Positions 61,822-64,000 of a DNA stretch of 64,000 nt are shown here, one piece after another; within the stretch, counting starts at the first letter, position 1, and the number at the start of each line of letters is the position of its first letter. The DNA comes from an uncultured Chloroflexia bacterium (GTDB lineage Bacteria > Chloroflexota > Limnocylindria > Limnocylindrales > CSP1-4). The stretch covers positions 384,001-448,000 of the forward strand of contig CAVVYR010000008.1 in the NCBI GenBank assembly GCA_963752475.1. Direction: 5' to 3'. A program made the position numbers and the translations under genes. The notes under the pieces were generated by a model. It made no database searches and was not told the origin of the DNA. It saw only the letters and a program-made list of their open reading frames with translations.

Positions 61822-63405
61822 GTGAGCCGCGCCTCCCGGGCAGTGATGATGGCAGCTCTCTGTCTGGGCGTGCTGCTCGTCGGCATCGAGCTCTTCATCA
61901 CGGCGGTCGCCCTGCCGGAGATCTTCTTCGACCTCTCCGGTTGGGCCGAGCTGCGGCGCGCGTCCTGGATCATCACCGCCTATCTCGTGGCCTACATCGC
62001 GGCCATGCCGCTCGCGGGGCGGGCCTCGGACCGATTCGGACTGCCGGGGCTGATGATCGGGGCGCTCATCCTTTTCGCCATCGGCTCCGTCATCTGTGGT
62101 GCCTCCGGCACGCTCGAGATGCTCGTCTTCGGGCGCGTCGTCCAGGGTGCCGGTGCCGGCGCCATCCTGCCCGTGGCTACGGCCGGCGCCAGCCACCTCT
62201 ACGAGGGCCACACTCGCTCGCGCGCCCTGGGGCTCATCGGTGCGGCCACGTTCCTGGGGATGGCCGTCGGGCCGGTGCTGGGCGCGCTCATCCTGGAGCA
62301 CCTGCAGTTGCGTGACGCGCTGGCTTCGGCCGGTGTCTGGGGCGGCACGCTCGTCGACCTCCTCACCCCAGCCTGGCGTTGGGTCTTCTACATCACCGCA
62401 CCCCTGGCCATCCTCGCGGCCATCTATGTCTGGGCCGCCGAGCCCGGCTGGGACGTAGCGCCCGGGAGCTCACGCCTCGACGGCTTGGGAGCCGCGCTCT
62501 TCAGCGTCGCGCTCACGGCGGGCCTCCTGGCCATCACGCTCATCGGTGATGAGCCCGGCGATCTGCCGGTCATCCCCATCGCCGCGGTCATCGCCGTCGT
62601 CGCCGGCGTGCTCGCGGTGTGGCACATGCTGCGCACGCCGGAGCCGTTCCTCGATCTGCGGCTCTTCGCCGACCGCGTCTTCAGCGGCGCGGTGCTGGTA
62701 TCGCTCCTTACGGGCTACGCCCTGGCCACGGCCATCGTGGGCATGGCCGCCTTCATCGATCGAGTCCGCTTCGCCGGGCCCGAGGAGCAGGGTCTGGTGC
62801 TGGGGCCGATGGCGCTGTTCATGGCCATCGGCGCCTTCCTCTCCGGCTTCCTCATGCGCCGGTTCGATGGCACGGCCGTGACGCTCGTGGGCTTGGCGGC
62901 CTCGGTCGGCGGCCTGCTCTGGCTGTCGACCACGCGCATCGACACCGAGCTCTGGATCCCGGTGGCTTCGCTCTCGCTCTTCGGGCTGGGCTTCGGGCTG
63001 ACGGTCACACCACGCTCCATGGCCGCGGTCGAATCGGCCGGCCGGGATGCGTTCGGCGCCGCCAGCGCCGCGGTCACCGTCGCACGCATGGCCGGCATGG
63101 CCATCGGCATGGCCGTGCTCACGGCCTTCGGCACGACCCGCATCGACCAGACCACCAAGGCCCTCGACGACCAGGAGTATCGCGATGCCATCCTGCCCGC
63201 CGACCTGGTGGGCCAGCCGCTGGGCGACCCGCTGGTGCTCGACGCCATCGAGCGCTGGGCCTCGGCCGAGGCCGCGGAAGTGCTGGGCCAGCTGTTCGTG
63301 GTGGCCGCCATCGTCCTGGTCGTCACCGCCGTCCCGGCCTGGCTCATGCGCGAGCGCGACGGCGCTCATGAAGCCGAAGAGGAAGAGGAAGTCGTTGCCT
63401 TCTAG
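61822..63405 (+). CDS. MFS transporter, DHA2/14-TM type
   Basis: W..TAY, G..SDRFG, GR..QG.G.G, GP.LG, WRW.F, P..DL.LF; start uncertain. Confidence 0.9.
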   Translation: MSRASRAVMMAALCLGVLLVGIELFITAVALPEIFFDLSGWAELRRASWIITAYLVAYIAAMPLAGRASDRFGLPGLMIGALILFAIGSVICGASGTLEMLVFGRVVQGAGAGAILPVATAGASHLYEGHTRSRALGLIGAATFLGMAVGPVLGALILEHLQLRDALASAGVWGGTLVDLLTPAWRWVFYITAPLAILAAIYVWAAEPGWDVAPGSSRLDGLGAALFSVALTAGLLAITLIGDEPGDLPVIPIAAVIAVVAGVLAVWHMLRTPEPFLDLRLFADRVFSGAVLVSLLTGYALATAIVGMAAFIDRVRFAGPEEQGLVLGPMALFMAIGAFLSGFLMRRFDGTAVTLVGLAASVGGLLWLSTTRIDTELWIPVASLSLFGLGFGLTVTPRSMAAVESAGRDAFGAASAAVTVARMAGMAIGMAVLTAFGTTRIDQTTKALDDQEYRDAILPADLVGQPLGDPLVLDAIERWASAEAAEVLGQLFVVAAIVLVVTAVPAWLMRERDGAHEAEEEEEVVAF

Positions 63406-64000
63406 CGACCAACTCAGCGCGGACGACCTCGACTTCGCCTCCGCCGCCGACGCGCTGGAGCTCGTGCGGTCGTCGACCGATGGCCGGCTGCTGCTTGCCT
63501 GCGACTTCGACGGGACGATCTCGCATCTGAGCCTGGACATGTGGCGCTCGACCGTCATCCCCGCGGCCCAGCGTGCGCTGCGCAGCCTCGCCGCCGCCGA
63601 TGACACCCACGTCGCCTTCATCTCCGGACGCACCGTGGCCGACCTCGCCGGGCGGATCGGCGTCGGCAGCGCGACCTACCACGGTGACCATGGGGCCGAA
63701 TGGGCCAGCGCCGGGCGCGGCTTCCGGCCTGACCGACTGCGCATCGAGCACGAGCCCGTGGCCGTCGACGTACAAGCCATGGCTGACCGACTCAAGGTCG
63801 AGGTGCCGCCGATGGTCGCTCAGGAGTGGCTGGCGCTCGAGGACAAGGGCTCGGCGCTCTCATTCCACTTCCGCAGGGCGCCCGATGTCGACGCCGCTCG
63901 GGCGAAGGTACGGGCGGCCGTCGATGCAGTCGACCGCGAGGGGCTGCTCGACCAGCCGGGTGGCGTCCACATGTGGGAGCTGCGCCCGCCCGAGGCGACC
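63395..64000 (+). CDS. otsB: Trehalose-6-phosphate phosphatase (HAD IIB), 3' truncated by window
   Basis: Not in ORF track; manual translation gives LLLACDFDGTIS, ISGR, G.HGAE, EDKG...HFR. Confidence 0.8.
   Translation, partial: MPSSDQLSADDLDFASAADALELVRSSTDGRLLLACDFDGTISHLSLDMWRSTVIPAAQRALRSLAAADDTHVAFISGRTVADLAGRIGVGSATYHGDHGAEWASAGRGFRPDRLRIEHEPVAVDVQAMADRLKVEVPPMVAQEWLALEDKGSALSFHFRRAPDVDAARAKVRAAVDAVDREGLLDQPGGVHMWELRPPEAT

Overview
High-GC bacterial chromosome segment spanning the replication origin. Protein and gene-order style suggest Chloroflexota, possibly Limnocylindria-like; this is inference and was not checked. Left to right: (1) wecA-like(partial)-glyA-tsaC-prmC-prfA-DUF1385-rpmE-rpmA-rplU, all minus; (2) an intact ISLre2/ISKra4-type IS with terminal inverted repeats and a target duplication; (3) a J-domain protein and a cation:proton antiporter; (4) mreD-mrdA-rodA without mreBC; (5) two parS sites, then parA-parB-gyrB-[AlkD-like]-gyrA-prs; (6) secA broken by three single-base insertions, probably sequence errors; (7) a small Cys-rich ORF, prfB with its programmed +1 frameshift, GNAT, hisN-like and ftsEX-ctpA; (8) a structured 15-codon sORF element, smpB and tmRNA; (9) khpB-yidC-yidD-rnpA-rpmH, csaA, dnaA-oriC-dnaN-recF-dciA; (10) a membrane pseudo-PP2C/propeller protein and a DUF151 nuclease; (11) a ~15-kb glycosylation region; (12) an MFS transporter and partial otsB. 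The glycosylation region is the best candidate for an undescribed system. It holds an ArsR-led operon (PIP synthase, Ino1, two PatA-like acyltransferases, a PHP phosphoesterase, a PimA-like GT4). This operon converges on a ~1720-aa double GT-C/PMT fusion with a ~390-aa internal insert, flanked by DUF2723, another GT-C-like protein and a GT2. All calls come from manual motif recognition; no database searches were run.
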